Shown piece after piece: positions 61,533 to 64,000 of a stretch of DNA of 64,000 nt. The position numbers and the translations under genes are program-made. The stretch comes from Podarcis tiliguerta (Eukaryota): assembly GCA_965153285.1 (NCBI GenBank), contig OZ229113.1; one strand, written 5' to 3'. The notes beneath the pieces are model-generated. The model ran no database searches. It had not been told where the DNA came from and worked only from the letters and a program-made list of their open reading frames with translations. Positions within the stretch are counted from its first letter, which is position 1; the number at the start of each line of letters is the position of its first letter.

Positions 61533-62685
61533 CAGACAAAAATATCATATTTGCTTATTCCCATTTAAGGACCTCTCTCTAAAGCTAAAACCATAACAGA
61601 TATCTCAAGTGTCTTTCCCCCTAATAAGAAGAGCACTGTAAAATGAACACACTGTACTTTGGGGGCCCACAGTCACATTAGGCTATATTCAGAACCTTCT
61701 CCAACCCGAGGCAAAAAAACTGCACCCGCAAAACCTGCCCCCAAATTAGTGCACAGAATGATATATTAGTCTATGAAAGGGTCTAGACAGTTTAACAAGT
61801 ATTTGCAACGATGTGGCAGCTGCCCTGCATGCCCAGAGTTTCTTTTCCAATGAAGCATTTTAATTCAGGATTATATTTATTTAGTATATATTTTTTAAAA
61901 TAATAATTTATAGCATAGTAGTTTGTTTTAACAATGCATTTCAAATCTGAATTGCAAGGGAGAAGTTAACTGACCAGAGGTGAGTTCTGTTATTTTATAT
62001 TCATGTTTTATATGCTAACCACCTCCAGCTAGGCAGCTGCAAACTTAAATTTAATGACCACATGCCTGCCTTTAAATCATCTTCTGAATGCATTTCAGAG
62101 AATGGACCATGACAATGGTTTGAAGCTTTATTCTCCTCAGCAGCTACAAGTCATCACAATGCCTCCTCTAATCAGGTTACTCTGCATCTGCCTGTCACAA
62201 ATAACCTAGTAACAACTAAATGGATTGCTATAAATCTTTCAATTAGAATGCATAACTTTATTAGCACAATATTTTTGAACTGACTGCATTACTTTAAATA
62301 AGAGCTTTCATTTACTCTGTCACTTGGGGGTCAAATGTGCACACTGGACAGAAGCTGTATAAATACAAAATTTGAATCTGGTGATCTCAGGCACCTCCTC
62401 TTCATGTTTACAATGCAAGCAAATTACCCAACTGCCAAGATGTTTCAGGTAATGTTAAGAAATGAACTGACAGCAAACATAATATGTTATAATTCCACAT
62501 CTATGCTTGCTAGTCCTACTATACTGCTCTGCTCTGGGAACTACAATTTCTTTAATAATGCATTTGTCTGTATTACTTTTAGCTATTTCCATGTTGTGAA
62601 CAGCCCTAAGATCTATACATGAAGGGTGGTATACAAATCTAATAAATAAAAAAAATTACATAAATAATAATACTTAGGGCCAAAC

Positions 62686-62719
62686 TATATGCAATCATGT
62701 CTATATGCAATCATGTCTA
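62686..62719. repeat. Tandem duplication CTATATGCAATCATGT x2
   Basis: Exact 16-bp tandem copies. Confidence 0.85.
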
Positions 62720-62974
62720 ACTATAGATGGATGCCCCTTTCTTTTATTGAAAAGCGGATCTGAAGGAGATAAGTAGTGCGATGAAGACACTTAACTCGTT
62801 TCCTACTCCTTCCCTACTTCCAATATTTTTTTCATCTGACACACTTCTAAATATGTTTTATTTTGTATTACCCTCTCCAAGTGACCACTTCTCCATTTGG
62901 AGATAAAATATTAAGTGGGAAACAGACAGGATTATTCACCACCTCCCCAAGCAACTTTCAGTTGTTTTTTAAAG

Positions 62975-63046
62975 GTCATTGGCCGTGCTTGTTGGTGCTT
63001 ATGGGAGTTGTGCCACATCAGGAGGACTAAATGTTCCCCACACCTG
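62975..63046. mobile_element. Short hAT-like MITE right half
   Basis: ATGGGAGTTGT...ACATCAGGAGG...GTTCCCCACACCTG end. Same family as 1828-1928. Confidence 0.5.
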
Positions 63047-63063
63047 GGCTAGATAGACTAAAT

Positions 63064-63387
63064 CAGAGCTGGGGAACCTCTGCACCAAGCACCAAGTGTG
63101 GCCTTTCTGGCCCTTGAGACTTACCCTACATCATGCTCCCTCCCCAGCCCTGATGAATGTCCTCATTAAGTGCTTTTTCCTGACAAGAATATGTTATTGT
63201 ATTGCAATAATGCTTCTTGCTTGTGTACAAGGATATCTGTATAGAAACCTCTGACTTTTGGGTTACTGGAATGTAGTCACATGCACCTACCCTTGCATCT
63301 GGCTAAGCCCACTACAGTTATATGCCCACCCAAAAGTCACCCACAAGGCCATGAAGCCTTCAGGCTACAAAGGGTCCTCCACCCCTT
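63064..63387. mobile_element. hAT-Charlie-like non-autonomous element
   Basis: Ends CAGAGCTGGGGAACCT ... GGGTCCTCCACCCCTT. 8-bp flanks GACTAAAT / TACTAAAG (6/8). Confidence 0.55.
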
Positions 63388-63477
63388 TACTAAAGGGACC
63401 AATAATCTGACTTTGTGTAATGCACTGTTGGCAAGCAGTGACTTTAAAAGTAGTTTCACTACAACTACTACCTGAAA

Positions 63478-63602
63478 CAAGCATTGCCAATATGTTCCTC
63501 TCCTGAATTTTTGGACTCCAGCTCCCATAACCCCCAGCCCATGGGTCAAGGATGATGGGAGTTATATTTCACATCATCGGAGCAGAGCAGGACAGCCCAC
63601 TG
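63478..63602. mobile_element. Short hAT-like MITE (degenerate)
   Basis: Internal inverted motif GGACTCCAGCTCCCAT...GATGGGAGTTATA. Same family as 1828-1928. Confidence 0.5.
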
Positions 63603-64000
63603 TCTACCACAATCTAAAAATGTAATTTAACTACCACACTTTAGTAAAGCTAAAATTATTATGTGTCCATCTATGCACGTGTAAGAAAAGCTCTGCCATT
63701 TAGTAGACCATCTTTATCTTAGAAGGCAGTATAGGTATGTAAAGAAGTGTTGCAAAACTCCTAAAAATACAGTTATATTCTGAAAACCATTTTATTTCAT
63801 TTATGATAGAGATTACAGCTTCTGCTAATACTGTATTGTTCATAATGAAAATACAGGGTGATTCATAATGAAGTATACAGTTTCCTGTATACTTCATTAT
63901 AAATCACCCTTTATGTACATTTCCTTGATGACAGTACAGCAGCCTTCACCAACTTGAGGAGCTTCAGATGTTTTTGACTGCAGTTTCCCATCAGCCCCAG

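Noticed and set aside
1-64000. CRISPR arrays, operons, tRNA/rRNA genes, CpG-island promoter
   Set aside because: Eukaryotic DNA with no regularly spaced repeat-spacer array. tRNA-like boxes occur only within SINEs, the 5S-like segment is too degenerate to be functional, and CpG clusters are confined to young repeats or short blocks.

Overview
AT-rich, CpG-depleted vertebrate genomic DNA, almost certainly from a squamate and probably a lacertid lizard. The basis is four Sauria SINEs, a Bov-B 3' end, young L2 copies and a multi-copy pogo/Tigger-like MITE. I could not support any host protein-coding exon. Every ORF with recognisable homology is a retrotransposon remnant (L2, RTE), so the window reads as a long intron or gene desert. 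It contains L2, CR1, RTE, Bov-B and probable L1 fragments, two probable solo LTRs, hAT MITEs with 8-bp TSDs, Tc1/mariner-type MITEs with TA TSDs, and microsatellites. The most interesting non-routine items are: an ancient 5S-rRNA-derived SINE head resembling AmnSINE1 (~12.24-12.41 kb); an ORF-less bipartite RTE derivative (~18.27-19.08 kb); several repeat-free, CpG-retaining, TGACA/TAAT-rich enhancer-like blocks; a set of minus-strand microexon-like and recursive-splice-like motifs; and a long hairpin at 47.8 kb. I see no convincing evidence of a wholly new biological system. Family names come from recall of consensus sequences, not from database searches.
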